Positions 20,333-33,169 of a DNA stretch of 64,000 nucleotides are shown here, piece after piece. The notes beneath the pieces were generated by a model. That model did not search any database. It was not told the origin of the DNA and saw only the letters and a program-made list of their open reading frames with translations. Position 1 is the stretch's first letter, and every line of letters starts with the position of its first letter. The stretch is from assembly GCA_965203515.1 (NCBI GenBank), contig OZ241907.1, forward strand, positions 544,001 through 608,000. Reading direction: 5' to 3'. Position numbers and translations under genes: made by a program. The stretch comes from Spirochaetia bacterium (GTDB taxonomy: Bacteria; Spirochaetota; Spirochaetia; SZUA-6; Bin103).

Positions 20333-22495
20333 TTGCTCGCGCTGCTGATGGCCGCCGGTATCGCCCTGCTGGCGTGCACGCAAGCGGCGCGGCCGGCGGC
20401 AACGACCGGCTCCGGCGGCGCGGGGACCGGAGGGACCGGCGGCGGCGAGTCACCGACCGCGCCGACCCCGACTCCGCAGCCGGCCGAGAAGAGCTGGCCG
20501 ATCGGTGAAGATGCCTTCGATGACGAGGCGAACCTGGGCGCCACGACGATCCGCTCCGCGCCGTTTGCCTGGGACGGGATCACCGGCGACAAGGTGCGCG
20601 TGTCGATCGGCGGCCACGATCTGCCGTTCACGAGCACCAGGAGCGAGCCGGTCTTCGCGTCCGACATCAGCGGTGCGGAGTGGTCGGTTGCCGCCGAAGT
20701 CAGCGCGGGATCCATCGTGCTCGTGCTCACCGCCCCGGATCAGTCGGAAGACACCGATTTCGTCGAGTCGGTCGGTATTACGAACCCGGGCAGCGGCTAC
20801 ACCTCGGTCCCCACCATGTCCTTTTCAGCGGCGCCATCCGGCGGCACCACGGCAACCGGCACCGCAGTGGCAAGCGGTCGCGTCGATTCCGTGTCGGTCT
20901 CGAATGCCGGCAGCGGCTACGCCTCGGTCCCGACCGTGACCTTCTCGGCGGCGCCGTCCGGCGGCACCACGGCGACCGGCGCCGTGACGGGCAGCGGCAG
21001 CGTCGATTCGGTGACGGTCTCGAACGGGGGGAGCGGCTACACCTCGGCCCCTGCCGTGGCCTTTTCGGGTGGCGGCGGCAGCGGCGCCGCGGCCACCGCG
21101 GCGCGCAGCGGTTTCGTAGATTCGGTGACGGTCACGAACGCCGGCAGCGGCTACACCTCGGCCCCCACGGTGTCGTTTTCGGGCGGCGGCGGCAGTGGCG
21201 CCGCCGCCACCACGGCGCTGGACCAAGAGGTAGGGCCGGTAACGGTCACGGACGCCGGCAGCGGCTACACCTCGGTCCCTGCGGTGTCGTTTTCGGGCGG
21301 CGGCGGCAGCGGCGCCGCCGCCACTGCGATCGGGCCGCTTGGGGTCGATTCCGTGACGGTCACGAACGTCGGCGGCAGCTACACCTCGGTTCCTGCGGTG
21401 TCTTTCTCGGGCGGTGGCGGCAGCGGCGCCGCCGCCACTGCGATCGGGCCGCTTGGAGTCAATTCCGTGTCCGTCTCGGCCGCCGGCAGCGGCTACACCT
21501 CGGCCCCCACCGTGGCCTTTTCGGCAGCGCCGTCCGGCGGCTTCACGGCGACCGGCACCGCGTCAGTGGTGAGCGGGCAGGTCGTGGGAGTGATCCTCTC
21601 GAACGTGGGGAGCGGCTACACCTCGGCCCCCACCGTGACCTTCTCGGGCGGCGGCGGCAGCGGCGCCGCCGCCACCGCAACGCTGCGTACCACCAGTGGC
21701 GTCCTCTCGGTGTCGGTCACGACCGCCGGCAGCGGCTACACGTCGGCCCCCGCCGTGTCGTTTTCGGGCGGCGGCGGCAGCGGAGCCAGCGCCACCGCGG
21801 CGCTGCGCACTACCAGCGGCATCGACGGAGTGACGGTCACGAACGGCGGCACCGGTTACGCGTCGGCCCCCACCGTGTCGTTTTCGGGCGGCGGCGGCAG
21901 CGGGGCCAGCGCCACCGCCGCGCTGAGCGTTACCAGTCGCATCGCCGGAGTAACGGTCACGACCGCCGGCAGCGGCTACACCTCGGCCCCCACCGTGGCC
22001 TTTTCGGCAGCGCCGTCCGGCGGCACCACCGCCGCCGGCACCGCGGCGCTGGACTACGAGGTAGGGACAGTGACGGTCACGACCGCCGGCAGCGGCTACG
22101 CGTCGGCGCCCGCGGTGTCCTTTTCGGGCGGCGGCGGCAGCGGGGCCGTCGCCGCCGCGGTCATGGACTACGGGGTCGGACCGGTGGCGGTCACGAACCC
22201 GGGGAGCGGCTACGCGTCGGCGCCGACGGTGACCTTTTCAGCAGCGCCGGCCGGCGGCACTACGGCCGTGGGCAGCGCGGTCATGGACTACCGGGTACGG
22301 TCGGTGCGGATCACGAACCGGGGGAGCGGCTACGCGTCGGCGCCCACCGTGACCTTTTCGCCGGCGCCGGCCGGCGGCACCACCGCGACCGGCATCGCAA
22401 CGCTGGCGAAGAGCGGCAACGATCAGAGCCAGAACCTGTATTGGGCGCGCCAAACGCTGGCAGGCAAGCAGCTTCTGGTGCAGGTAGGGGAGTGA
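20333..22495 (+). CDS. Repeat lipoprotein A, 14 [14 protein letters not shown] repeats; possible upstream start ATG 20062 via the poly-C tract
   Basis: Lipobox IALLAC; ~90-aa base domain; repeats at 20759-22417; conserved C-terminus [18 protein letters not shown]. Confidence 0.85.
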   Translation: MLALLMAAGIALLACTQAARPAATTGSGGAGTGGTGGGESPTAPTPTPQPAEKSWPIGEDAFDDEANLGATTIRSAPFAWDGITGDKVRVSIGGHDLPFTSTRSEPVFASDISGAEWSVAAEVSAGSIVLVLTAPDQSEDTDFVESVGITNPGSGYTSVPTMSFSAAPSGGTTATGTAVASGRVDSVSVSNAGSGYASVPTVTFSAAPSGGTTATGAVTGSGSVDSVTVSNGGSGYTSAPAVAFSGGGGSGAAATAARSGFVDSVTVTNAGSGYTSAPTVSFSGGGGSGAAATTALDQEVGPVTVTDAGSGYTSVPAVSFSGGGGSGAAATAIGPLGVDSVTVTNVGGSYTSVPAVSFSGGGGSGAAATAIGPLGVNSVSVSAAGSGYTSAPTVAFSAAPSGGFTATGTASVVSGQVVGVILSNVGSGYTSAPTVTFSGGGGSGAAATATLRTTSGVLSVSVTTAGSGYTSAPAVSFSGGGGSGASATAALRTTSGIDGVTVTNGGTGYASAPTVSFSGGGGSGASATAALSVTSRIAGVTVTTAGSGYTSAPTVAFSAAPSGGTTAAGTAALDYEVGTVTVTTAGSGYASAPAVSFSGGGGSGAVAAAVMDYGVGPVAVTNPGSGYASAPTVTFSAAPAGGTTAVGSAVMDYRVRSVRITNRGSGYASAPTVTFSPAPAGGTTATGIATLAKSGNDQSQNLYWARQTLAGKQLLVQVGE

Positions 22496-22498
22496 TGA

Positions 22499-24472
22499 AT
22501 GGTACCTCCCCCATGCAGGACGCTTCCGGCGCTGTTGCTGGCCGCCGGTATCGCCGCCCTGATGGCGTGCGCGCCGGCGGCGCGTCCGTCCGCCGCGACT
22601 GCCGGCCCGGCCAACGGGGGAGCGGGGGAGCCAGGAGGTAAGCTACCACCGAGCGAGCCGCCGCCAACCCCGCAGCCGGCGGAGAAGCGCTGGACGATCA
22701 GCGCGGCTGACTTTGGTGACGGCGCCAACCTGTTGAGCGAAACGTCCAACCGTTCCGCGCCGTATGCCTGGGAGCGGGTCACCGGCGGCGGCGTGCGGGT
22801 TTCGATTGGCGGGCGCGAGCTGCCGTTCACGAGCACGAGCGCCAAGCCGGTCTTCGCGTCCGATCTCTCCGGCGCGGAGTGGACGGTTGCCGCCGAGGTG
22901 CGGGCGGGGGCAGTGGAGCTGGTCCTCACCGCCCCGGATCAGTCGGGCGCCGCCGACACGGTTGAGTCGGTGACGATCACGAACCCGGGGCGCGGCTACA
23001 CGGCGGACCCGACCGTGACCTTTGCGGCGCCGCCGTCCGGCGGCACCACGGCAACCGGCACTGCGGCGAGGTCCGGCTACGTCGATTCGGTGACGATTAC
23101 GACCGCGGGGGACGGCTACCCGGCGGTTCCGACCGTGACGTTCGGGGCGCCGCCGTCCGGCGGCACTACGGCGAGCGGCGCCCCGGTGGGGTCCGGCTAC
23201 GTCGATTCGGTGACGATTACGACCGCGGGGAGCGGCTACCCGGCGGTCCCCGCGGTGACGTTTTCGGCGGCGCCGTCCGGCGGCGCCACGGCAACCGGCA
23301 CCGCGGTGGGGTCCCGGCACGTCGATTCCGTGACGATCGGGACCGCCGGGAGCGGCTACACGTCGGTCCCCACCGTGACCTTTTCGGGCGGAGGGGGCAG
23401 CGGCGCGGCCGGCACCGCGGTGCGGCAAAGCGGCGTAGCGTCGGTGACGCTCACGAACCGGGGGGCCTTCTATACCTCTGACCCAACCGTGACGTTTGGC
23501 GCTCCGCCGCCCGGCGGCACCACCGCGACCGGCACCGCAACGCGACGATCAGAAGTATGGACCGTGTCGATGACGAACGGGGGGAGCGGTTACACCTCCG
23601 CCCCAACCGTGACGATTGGCGCTCCCCCGTCCGGTGGCACCCGGGCAACCGGCACCGCGGTGATCAGTGGCGGTCAAGTGACTTCCGTCACCATCACGAA
23701 CGGGGGGCGCGGCTACACCTCTGTCCCTTCGGTGACGTTTTCGGGAGGAGGAGGCAGCGGTGCGGCCGGCATCGCGCAGGTGGGAACTGACCAACTGGAT
23801 GGCGTGACGATCACGAATCCGGGGAGCGGCTACACGGCCGCCCCTTCCGTGACGTTTTCGGCCGCGACGGTCACGCGGTTCACGGCGACCGGAACCGCGG
23901 TGCTGGAAAGCGGCGTGGCGTCGGTGACGGTCACGAACCGGGGGAGCGGCTACACCTCCGTCCCGACCGTGACCTTCGGAGCAGCGCCGGGCGGCGGCAC
24001 CACCGCAACCGGCACCGCGGCGCTGCGCTACGGCGTAGCGGAGGTGACCGTGACGAACGGCGGGAGCGGCTACACTTCGGCCCCGACCGTGACCTTTGCG
24101 GCGGCGCCGAGCGGCGGCGCCACGGCCGCCGGTACCGCGGTGCTGCGCTACGGCGTAGCGGAGGTGACGGTCACGGACGGAGGGAGCGGCTACACTGCGG
24201 CTCCGACCGTGACCTTTGCGGCGGCGCCGAGCGGCGGCACCACGGCCGCCGGCACCGCGGTGCTGCGCTACGGCGTAACGTCGGTGAGGGTCACGAACGG
24301 AGGGAGCGGTTACACCGCGGTCCCGACCGTGACGTTTTCGGCGCCGGCCAGCGGTACCCGTGCGACCGGCACGGCAAAGCTGGCCGAGGGCGGCTACGAT
24401 CAATACCAGAACCTGTATTGGGCGCGCCAAACGCTGGCAGGCAAGCAGCTTCTGGTGCAGCTAGCGGATTAG
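22499..24472 (+). CDS. Repeat lipoprotein B, 12 repeats
   Basis: GGGGAG RBS; signal peptide MVPPPCRTLPALLLAAGIAALMAC; repeats at 22958-24394; same base domain and C-terminus as A. Confidence 0.88.
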   Translation: MVPPPCRTLPALLLAAGIAALMACAPAARPSAATAGPANGGAGEPGGKLPPSEPPPTPQPAEKRWTISAADFGDGANLLSETSNRSAPYAWERVTGGGVRVSIGGRELPFTSTSAKPVFASDLSGAEWTVAAEVRAGAVELVLTAPDQSGAADTVESVTITNPGRGYTADPTVTFAAPPSGGTTATGTAARSGYVDSVTITTAGDGYPAVPTVTFGAPPSGGTTASGAPVGSGYVDSVTITTAGSGYPAVPAVTFSAAPSGGATATGTAVGSRHVDSVTIGTAGSGYTSVPTVTFSGGGGSGAAGTAVRQSGVASVTLTNRGAFYTSDPTVTFGAPPPGGTTATGTATRRSEVWTVSMTNGGSGYTSAPTVTIGAPPSGGTRATGTAVISGGQVTSVTITNGGRGYTSVPSVTFSGGGGSGAAGIAQVGTDQLDGVTITNPGSGYTAAPSVTFSAATVTRFTATGTAVLESGVASVTVTNRGSGYTSVPTVTFGAAPGGGTTATGTAALRYGVAEVTVTNGGSGYTSAPTVTFAAAPSGGATAAGTAVLRYGVAEVTVTDGGSGYTAAPTVTFAAAPSGGTTAAGTAVLRYGVTSVRVTNGGSGYTAVPTVTFSAPASGTRATGTAKLAEGGYDQYQNLYWARQTLAGKQLLVQLAD

Positions 24473-24725
24473 ATCTCTTGCCTACGGCATTGGGCCGAAC
24501 AGCACGGCCCGCCGCGGCAGATCGACGGTGCCGTCACGCAGCGACTTGAAGCCGCGGACGGTCAATCTGTCTTAGACGTCGCGGTGGTGGCGGAAGAATC
24601 GCGCAGTCCGTGACCGCGTACATGCGGGGATGGCCTGGGCATCGGTTTCGGCCAAGGGACACCGGCTCGGTGGGGTACTCGATAGCGGCGGGCGCGAGCG
24701 TGGAGCTTGTCACTTGTCATGGCGG

Positions 24726-24959
24726 CTATCGGTCCTGCAGGGCGCAGCAGCAGGCTCCCCTCGTTGCTCTGGTCGAAGCGCTGCTGCAACGGCCGCCGAT
24801 CGAAGAATTGGGTGGAATCGTAGAGGTGCCGGTAGCGGCCGCCGCGGTCGAGGCCCTGCCGGAGCGCTTCCCGGTTGACCTCGTCCACGGCGCCGTATGC
24901 CGGCCAGAGGACGCCGTGCTGGCAGTAGGAGACGTCGATGAAGTAACGCCCGCGCCGCT
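24726..24959 (-). pseudogene. Duplicated 3' fragment of the PhyH gene at 27309-28100
   Basis: Near-identical to 27309-27541 (RGRYFIDVSYCQHG...RGGRYRHLYDS...EGSLLLR), with a 1-nt indel near the end. Confidence 0.88.
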
Positions 24960-25075
24960 TGCTTGGACGCTCCGCGGGCGAGCGTGGTAGAGTGCCGGCA
25001 GCCGGCAGCCGCCTACGCTGCCCGCAATCATACGCCGTTCCTGTTTCCGGCGGCGAGTTCCAGGAGGACTGCACC

Positions 25076-27202
<2,127 letters not shown>

Positions 27203-27308
27203 ATCTCTTGCCTGCGGCATTGGGCCGAACAGCACGGCCAGCCGCGGCAGATCGACGGTGAACGTCACGCAGCGACGCGAGCGTGGAGCTTGTCACTCGT
27301 CATGGTGG

Positions 27309-28100
27309 CTATCGGTCCTGCAGGCGCAGCAGCAGGCTCCCCTCGTTGCTCCGGTCGAAGCGCTGCTGCAACGGCCGCCGATCGAAGAACCGGGTGGAAT
27401 CGTAGAGGTGCCGGTAGCGGCCGCCGCGGTCGAGGCCCTGCCGGAGCGCCTCCCGGTTGACCTCGTCCACGGCGCCGTATGCCGGCCAGCGGACGCCATG
27501 CTGGCAATAGGAGACGTCGATGAAATAACGCCCGCGCCGCTCGCCGCCGGGCTTGGGACGCCGGGAGTGCCAGAGCGCCGAATGCACGATCACCGCCGAT
27601 CCGGGCGGCAGGCGGTCGACGCAGATCGAGCCGGGCAGGTCTTCCGTGCCGAACAGGGCAAGGCTCCGTTCCACCACGATCGACTGCGATCCCGGCAGCA
27701 CCAGCAGGTCGCCGATCTCTCCGTTGAGGCCGTTCAGGTAGTAGGAGACGTGCACCATGACGTGCGAGCGGTTGGTGTGCGGCTCCTGCTCATAGTCCTG
27801 ATGCCAGGCGACGCCGCGGTCGCCGGCGTCGTGCCTGGTCGAGTGGATGTGGTGCATGGCGAAGCGCGGGCCCATCAGCGACTCGATCAGGGCCATCATC
27901 GGCGGATGCGAGGTGAGCAGTCCCATCTCCCGACGGGAGGTGAGCAGCGGCTGCTCTCCTTTCGCCCGATCCGCCATCAGCGCGTCGACCTCGGCGATCA
28001 GTCGGTCGTTGTACGCCGGCTCCAGGAAGCCGGCCAGGATCAGGTAGCCGCGGCGGCGAAACTCCTCCGTCCGGTGCGGCGAGAGGCCGGCGGCGCTCAT
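27309..28100 (-). CDS. Phytanoyl-CoA dioxygenase (PhyH) family protein
   Basis: EEFRRRGYLIL, AWHQDY, GSAVIVHSALWHS; ATG 28100 overlaps the upstream stop. Confidence 0.85.
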   Translation of the reverse strand: MSAAGLSPHRTEEFRRRGYLILAGFLEPAYNDRLIAEVDALMADRAKGEQPLLTSRREMGLLTSHPPMMALIESLMGPRFAMHHIHSTRHDAGDRGVAWHQDYEQEPHTNRSHVMVHVSYYLNGLNGEIGDLLVLPGSQSIVVERSLALFGTEDLPGSICVDRLPPGSAVIVHSALWHSRRPKPGGERRGRYFIDVSYCQHGVRWPAYGAVDEVNREALRQGLDRGGRYRHLYDSTRFFDRRPLQQRFDRSNEGSLLLRLQDR

Positions 28101-29212
28101 CGGTCGGTCGCCGCCGTCACGGCGGCGTGGCGCCGCGTCCGCGCCGCCAGCAGCTCCGGGTCCGGCGCCGGCAGATCGGCCGAAAACGGACGGAAGGTGT
28201 GCGGCGCGGCGTATTCGAGCGGCGGCGCGGCCAGGTCGCGCGTGTAGAAGCGGGACGAGGGGAACAGATCGCCGGGATAGGTGCAGTTGGGGAGGGTGGC
28301 GAGCTCGACGCAGACGGCGCCGCCCACCGCGCTCTCCAGCATGCCGCCGATCCACACCGGGATGCCGGCGTCCCGCGCCATGTCGTGGATGGCCAGCGCG
28401 TTCTGCAGGCCGCCGACGCGCGCCGGCTTGATGTTGACGTAGCGGCAGGCGCCGATGCGGATCGCCTGCTCGGCGGTGCGCGGGTCGACGATCGTCTCGT
28501 CCAGACAGATCGGCGTGCCGATCCGCTTGGCCAGCTCGGCATGGTCCAGGATATCGGTGTGGTGCAGCGGCTGTTCGATGAACGCCAGCCCCAGGTCGTC
28601 GATCGCCCGGAAGAACGGCAGATCGTCGAGCGTGTAACCGGAGTTGCAGTCGATGTGGAACGTCATGTCGGGGAAGGTCGAGGTGACCGTGCGGAGCATC
28701 TCCAGGTCCCATCCCCTGGCCACCTTGAGCTTGGTGCGGGGAAAGCCGGCGTCGACCGCCTGCTGGATGTTGCCGAGCAGCATGTCGATCGAGTCCTGGA
28801 TGCCGAAGTCGGCCCCGGCGGCGACGTCTCGCGCAGCGCCGCCCAGCAGCCGATGCAGCGGCGTGGCGGTGATGCGGCTCTCGAGCGTCCACCAGCCGAT
28901 CTCGATCGCGGCCTTGGCGAACGAGTTGCCCTTGAACGGGCTGAGCCGCTCGTTGAGGTCCGCGGCCGTGTCGTACTCGCGGCCGACCACGTGCGGCCCG
29001 AACACCTCGGTGACGTGGTAGAAGACCGAACCGGCCGATTCGCTGAGGTAGTGCGGGGCGAAGAACGGCGTGCTCTCCGCCCAGGCCGTGTGTTCGCCGC
29101 CGGAGACCTTCACCAGCACCGAGTGGATGTCGGCATCCTCGCCGTAGGCGGTGCGCCACGGGTAGATGAGCGGCATCACCACGTAATGCACGTCCAGCCG
29201 ATCGATGCGCAT
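28097..29212 (-). CDS. o-succinylbenzoate synthase / N-acylamino acid racemase (enolase superfamily)
   Basis: TKLKV, HIDCNSGY, IEQPL, ICLDET, VNIKPARVGG, WIGGMLES, PGDL. Confidence 0.85.
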   Translation of the reverse strand: MRIDRLDVHYVVMPLIYPWRTAYGEDADIHSVLVKVSGGEHTAWAESTPFFAPHYLSESAGSVFYHVTEVFGPHVVGREYDTAADLNERLSPFKGNSFAKAAIEIGWWTLESRITATPLHRLLGGAARDVAAGADFGIQDSIDMLLGNIQQAVDAGFPRTKLKVARGWDLEMLRTVTSTFPDMTFHIDCNSGYTLDDLPFFRAIDDLGLAFIEQPLHHTDILDHAELAKRIGTPICLDETIVDPRTAEQAIRIGACRYVNIKPARVGGLQNALAIHDMARDAGIPVWIGGMLESAVGGAVCVELATLPNCTYPGDLFPSSRFYTRDLAAPPLEYAAPHTFRPFSADLPAPDPELLAARTRRHAAVTAATDR

Positions 29213-29320
29213 GGTCGCGTGACCTTACTCGATCGGGTCGACCCGGTATAGCGCGGAACGGCGGCGCACGGGTCGATCTGACCGATCCGGCGAACTCCGG
29301 TATGCTCGATCGCAGGAACA

Positions 29321-30400
29321 ATGAAGGATACCTATCGCGCCGTCCTCATCGGCTGCAGTCGCATGGGCGCGTTCATCGATCACGAAGTCGTCGAGATGAA
29401 GCACATCGCCCATCCCTACTCGCACGCGGCGGTCCATACCGCCTGCGATCGCACCGAGCTGGTGGCGTGCTCGGATCTGCGCCCCGAGGTGATGGCGGAG
29501 ACCGGCCGGCAGTACGGCATCCCCTCAGACAGGCAGTACCGGGACTACCGGGAGATGATCGAGGTCGAACGGCCGGACATCGTCAGCATCGCCACGCAGC
29601 CGGAGGGCCGGGCGGAGATCGCCGTCCACGCCGCCGAGCACGGCGCCAGGGCGATCTACGCGGAGAAGGCGATGGCCGCCTCCATGGCGGAGGCGGACGC
29701 GATCGTCGATGCGTGCGAGCGGCACGGCGTGATCTTCAACCTGGGCACGCAACGGCGCTGGCATCCCGGCTTCCACGCCATGCGGGGCGTGATCGACAGC
29801 GGCCGGCTCGGCGCGCTCCGCTCGGTCATCATCCAGGCCGGCAACCTGTTCAACATGGCCAGCCACTACTTCGACAACCTGCTGTTCCTCAATGGCGATC
29901 GCCGCGCCCGGTCGGTGCAGATGCAGCTTCTGGACGGCGACTGGAGGCTGGACGGCGACCGGCTCACCGAGGACCCGGTCGCGCACGGATCGATCGGGTT
30001 CGAGAACGGGGTGCTGGCCTACGCGATCCCGCCGGCTCACGAGGTGGAGTTCGAGGCGCGCTGCACGGACGGAACGGTGCGCGCCACGCGCCAGCAGGTC
30101 TACTCGATGCGCCGCCGGGAGCGCCCCGGCGACGCGCGCAGTCCGTTCGTCGACGCGCCGTTTCCGGACTGGCAGCCGATCAGCGCCAATCTGCGGCTCG
30201 TGCAGGATTTGGTACGGTCGCTCGACACGGGGGAGCCGCCGATCGGCGGCGTGCGCGCCGCCCGCGCCGGCACCGAGCTGATCTTTGCGGCGATCGAGTC
30301 CCACCTGCGGGGCGGGGCCTGCGTGGAGCTGCCGCTGACCGGCAGTACGGTGCGGCTCGAACGGGACCGGGCGCCCCGGCAGCCCCGCTTCCAGCCATGA
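29321..30400 (+). CDS. Gfo/Idh/MocA family oxidoreductase
   Basis: AVLIGCSRMG; IYAEKAMA; paralog of the 6195 gene. Confidence 0.8.
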   Translation: MKDTYRAVLIGCSRMGAFIDHEVVEMKHIAHPYSHAAVHTACDRTELVACSDLRPEVMAETGRQYGIPSDRQYRDYREMIEVERPDIVSIATQPEGRAEIAVHAAEHGARAIYAEKAMAASMAEADAIVDACERHGVIFNLGTQRRWHPGFHAMRGVIDSGRLGALRSVIIQAGNLFNMASHYFDNLLFLNGDRRARSVQMQLLDGDWRLDGDRLTEDPVAHGSIGFENGVLAYAIPPAHEVEFEARCTDGTVRATRQQVYSMRRRERPGDARSPFVDAPFPDWQPISANLRLVQDLVRSLDTGEPPIGGVRAARAGTELIFAAIESHLRGGACVELPLTGSTVRLERDRAPRQPRFQP

Positions 30401-30411
30401 GGAGCGCAGAC

Positions 30412-31419
30412 ATGTCCGCTGAGACCGATCCGCAGGCGCCGGAACGGCTCCTGCCCGAGGACGCGGCGTTCTACGAGCGGGAGATCGCCTCGTTCCTGCC
30501 CGACCGCGTCTTCGACGCCCACACGCACCTGTGGCGCCGGCGGGACACCGGCTGGGACCTGCCCGGATGTCCTGCGGACGTGGGCCTTGCGGAGTACCGG
30601 CGGCTGATGGACGACCTGCATCCGGGGCGGCGCATGGCCGCGCTGTGCATCCCGTCCGTCAGTCCGACCGAGGACGGAACCTTCACGGCCCCCAACGAAT
30701 GGGTGGCGCGGGCGGTCGCCGCCGACGCGTCGTTCCGGGGACTGTTCTTCATCCGCCCGGAAGACGATCCGGAGTGGGTGCGGCAGGAAGTGCGGCGGCT
30801 CGGCCTGCACGGCCTGAAGTGCTATCACACCATGGCGCCGGTGACGCCGACCTGGGATGCGGAGATACCGGACTTCCTGCCGGAGCGGCTGGTGCGCGTC
30901 GCGCATGAGGAGGGGTGGGCGATCACCCTGCACATGGTGCGCGCGCGGGCGGCGGCCGATCCCACCAACATCCGCTGGATTCGCCACTACTGCAGGCGGT
31001 ATCCGGACATGACGCTGATCCTGGCCCACTCGGCGCGCGGCTTTCAGCCGGCGCACAACCTGGAGGGGCTGCCGCACCTGACCGGGCTCGACAATCTCTA
31101 CTTCGACACCAGCGCCAACTGCGAGCCGATCGCCCACCAGGCGATCATCCGCATCATCGGCCACGACAAGCTGATGTACGGTACCGACCTGCCGGTCAGC
31201 CACGGGCGCGGCCGGCATGCCGGCGCGGCCGACGCCTTCCTCTGGCTCTATGAAGACTCGCCGGTGTGGGAGGAGAAGCACATCGGCATCCGGCCGGTCC
31301 TGATCGGTCTGGAGCATCTGCGCTCGATCAAGTGGGCGTGCTGGTCGGAGCGGCTCGGCGACCGCGCCGTGGAGGACATTTTCTGGAACAACGCCGCCCG
31401 CCTGTTCGGCGTGGAGTGA
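30412..31419 (+). CDS. Amidohydrolase_2 family protein
   Basis: AGGAG RBS; FDAHTH, GLKCYH, ILAHSARG, YFDTSA, LMYGTD, NAARLF. Confidence 0.85.
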   Translation: MSAETDPQAPERLLPEDAAFYEREIASFLPDRVFDAHTHLWRRRDTGWDLPGCPADVGLAEYRRLMDDLHPGRRMAALCIPSVSPTEDGTFTAPNEWVARAVAADASFRGLFFIRPEDDPEWVRQEVRRLGLHGLKCYHTMAPVTPTWDAEIPDFLPERLVRVAHEEGWAITLHMVRARAAADPTNIRWIRHYCRRYPDMTLILAHSARGFQPAHNLEGLPHLTGLDNLYFDTSANCEPIAHQAIIRIIGHDKLMYGTDLPVSHGRGRHAGAADAFLWLYEDSPVWEEKHIGIRPVLIGLEHLRSIKWACWSERLGDRAVEDIFWNNAARLFGVE

Positions 31420-31433
31420 GCGAAGGCGCGCAC

Positions 31434-32336
31434 GTGAGATACCGCACGCTGGGCCGGACCGGCATGGCCGTCAGCGAGGTCAGCCTGGGCGGCGCCTACC
31501 TGATGGGGCCGGATCCGGAACGCGCGGAAGAAAACGCCGCGGCGGTCGTGCAACGCGCCGCGCAGCTCGGCGTCAACTATCTCGACACGGCGCCGGGATA
31601 CGGGCGGAGCGAGGAGCTGCTGGGCCCGGCCCTCGAACGGGCGGGCCGGCCGTTCCGGGTGGCGACCAAGGTGGGGTTCGTCCCCGATGACTTCGACTTC
31701 CGGCGCGACAGCGTGGTGGCAAGCCTGGAGGCCAGCCTGCGCAAGCTCCGCATCGACCGGCTGGCCGTCGCGCAGATACATGAGGTCAACCTGGTCGGCT
31801 GGGAGCGCATCATGGAGCCGGGCGGGGCGCTCGACGGTCTGCGCGCTGCCCGCGACGCGGGACTCTGCCAGGCGATCGGCATCACGGCGCGGGCGATACC
31901 GCTGCTGGCCCGGCTGGCGGAGACCGGCGAGTTCGACACCGTGCTGGTCTACCACGATTATCACCCGTGCTCTCGGAAGGCGCGGGAGGCGGTCATACCC
32001 GCGGCGGCGAAGCAGGGCATGGGGATCGTCGTCGGCACCCCGTTGGGGGCGCTGTTCGGCCATGAAGCGGCCCGCGGCAAGACGCTGGCGGCGCTCTCCG
32101 ACCGTGAACGGCACGACGCCGAGGTCGTGATCGAGCGGCTGCGGGAGGAGTCGGGGACGCTGGCCCGCAATGCGTTCCGCTATATCCTGGCGGACGAGGC
32201 GGTGAGCACGGTGTCGAGCGGCGCGGCCGACGTCGAACAGATCGAAGACGTGGCGGAAGCCTCGACGATCGGGGCGATGCCGGCCGAGCTGATCGCGGAG
32301 ATCGACCGAATCGGGGGCTCGAAGCCCCCGGCGTAG
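31434..32336 (+). CDS. Aldo/keto reductase
   Basis: YRTLGRTGMAVSEVSLGG, YLDTAPGYG, VATKVG, SLRKLRID. Confidence 0.88.
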   Translation: MRYRTLGRTGMAVSEVSLGGAYLMGPDPERAEENAAAVVQRAAQLGVNYLDTAPGYGRSEELLGPALERAGRPFRVATKVGFVPDDFDFRRDSVVASLEASLRKLRIDRLAVAQIHEVNLVGWERIMEPGGALDGLRAARDAGLCQAIGITARAIPLLARLAETGEFDTVLVYHDYHPCSRKAREAVIPAAAKQGMGIVVGTPLGALFGHEAARGKTLAALSDRERHDAEVVIERLREESGTLARNAFRYILADEAVSTVSSGAADVEQIEDVAEASTIGAMPAELIAEIDRIGGSKPPA

Positions 32337-32368
32337 CGTCAGATGGTCGGCATCGGCCCTTCGGTCGG

Positions 32369-33052
32369 CTACTCGCGGGAGCCGACCTGGGACTTGAGCC
32401 AGCTCGCGAGTTGCTGCTGATTGCGCGTCTGCACCATGATGTCGCCGGGGCCGGTGAAGTCGAACACGAAGCCTTCACCCGACTTGAGCGACTGCATGGT
32501 GCGGCCCTGCACCGCCCGCCGCAGATCGAAGGTGACGGTGTCGACGAAGGCCAATATGTGGTTGGTGTCGACGACTACCGTCTCATCCGCCGCCAGCGAG
32601 ATCACTTCGACGGCCCCGTAGGAGGCCACCAGCGCCCGGCCCGTTCCGGCAGCGTGGATCATGAATCCGCCCTCGCCGCCGAACAGCATCTTCGATCCGC
32701 CCCACTTGGTTTCGATCTCCACGGATGCGTCGGAGGCGAGCCAGTTGCCCCGTTCGATGAGCCAGGAGTGCGAGCCGTCGAGTTCGAGCGTCTTGATATC
32801 GCCGGGCAGCTTGGCGGCGACGTCGACCCATCCGCCGCCGGCGGGCGCGGTGTAGGTCGATACGAACAGCGACTCGCCGCCCAGGACGCTGCGCTTGAGG
32901 CCCTTGAGCAGGCCGCCCTCCATGCGGGCTTCGAGCTCCATGCCCGACGAATGGGCCATCATCGCGCCCGCTTCCACCTTCAGCCGTTCGCCGCCGCTCA
33001 TGCGGCACCGCGCCACCGCGAAGCTGGGAGCATGTCGAATATCCGGTTCCAT
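32369..33052 (-). CDS. TIGR00266/AIM24 family protein
   Basis: VEAGAMM, GGESLF, FGGEGGF, SGEGFVFDFTGPG...QTRN. Confidence 0.85.
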   Translation of the reverse strand: MEPDIRHAPSFAVARCRMSGGERLKVEAGAMMAHSSGMELEARMEGGLLKGLKRSVLGGESLFVSTYTAPAGGGWVDVAAKLPGDIKTLELDGSHSWLIERGNWLASDASVEIETKWGGSKMLFGGEGGFMIHAAGTGRALVASYGAVEVISLAADETVVVDTNHILAFVDTVTFDLRRAVQGRTMQSLKSGEGFVFDFTGPGDIMVQTRNQQQLASWLKSQVGSRE

Positions 33053-33169
33053 GACCGCCATGCAACCAGACCCCGCCGCCGCGGTCAATCGCTGTCCTCC
33101 GGCCACAGCGCGCAGGTTCACGCTCACACTCTTCGTCATTGAGACGTAGCGCGCAGTATCATGGCAGCG

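Noticed and set aside
28097..29212. Calling this gene menC
   Set aside because: No other menaquinone genes are nearby, and the subfamily includes racemases, so the function is left open.
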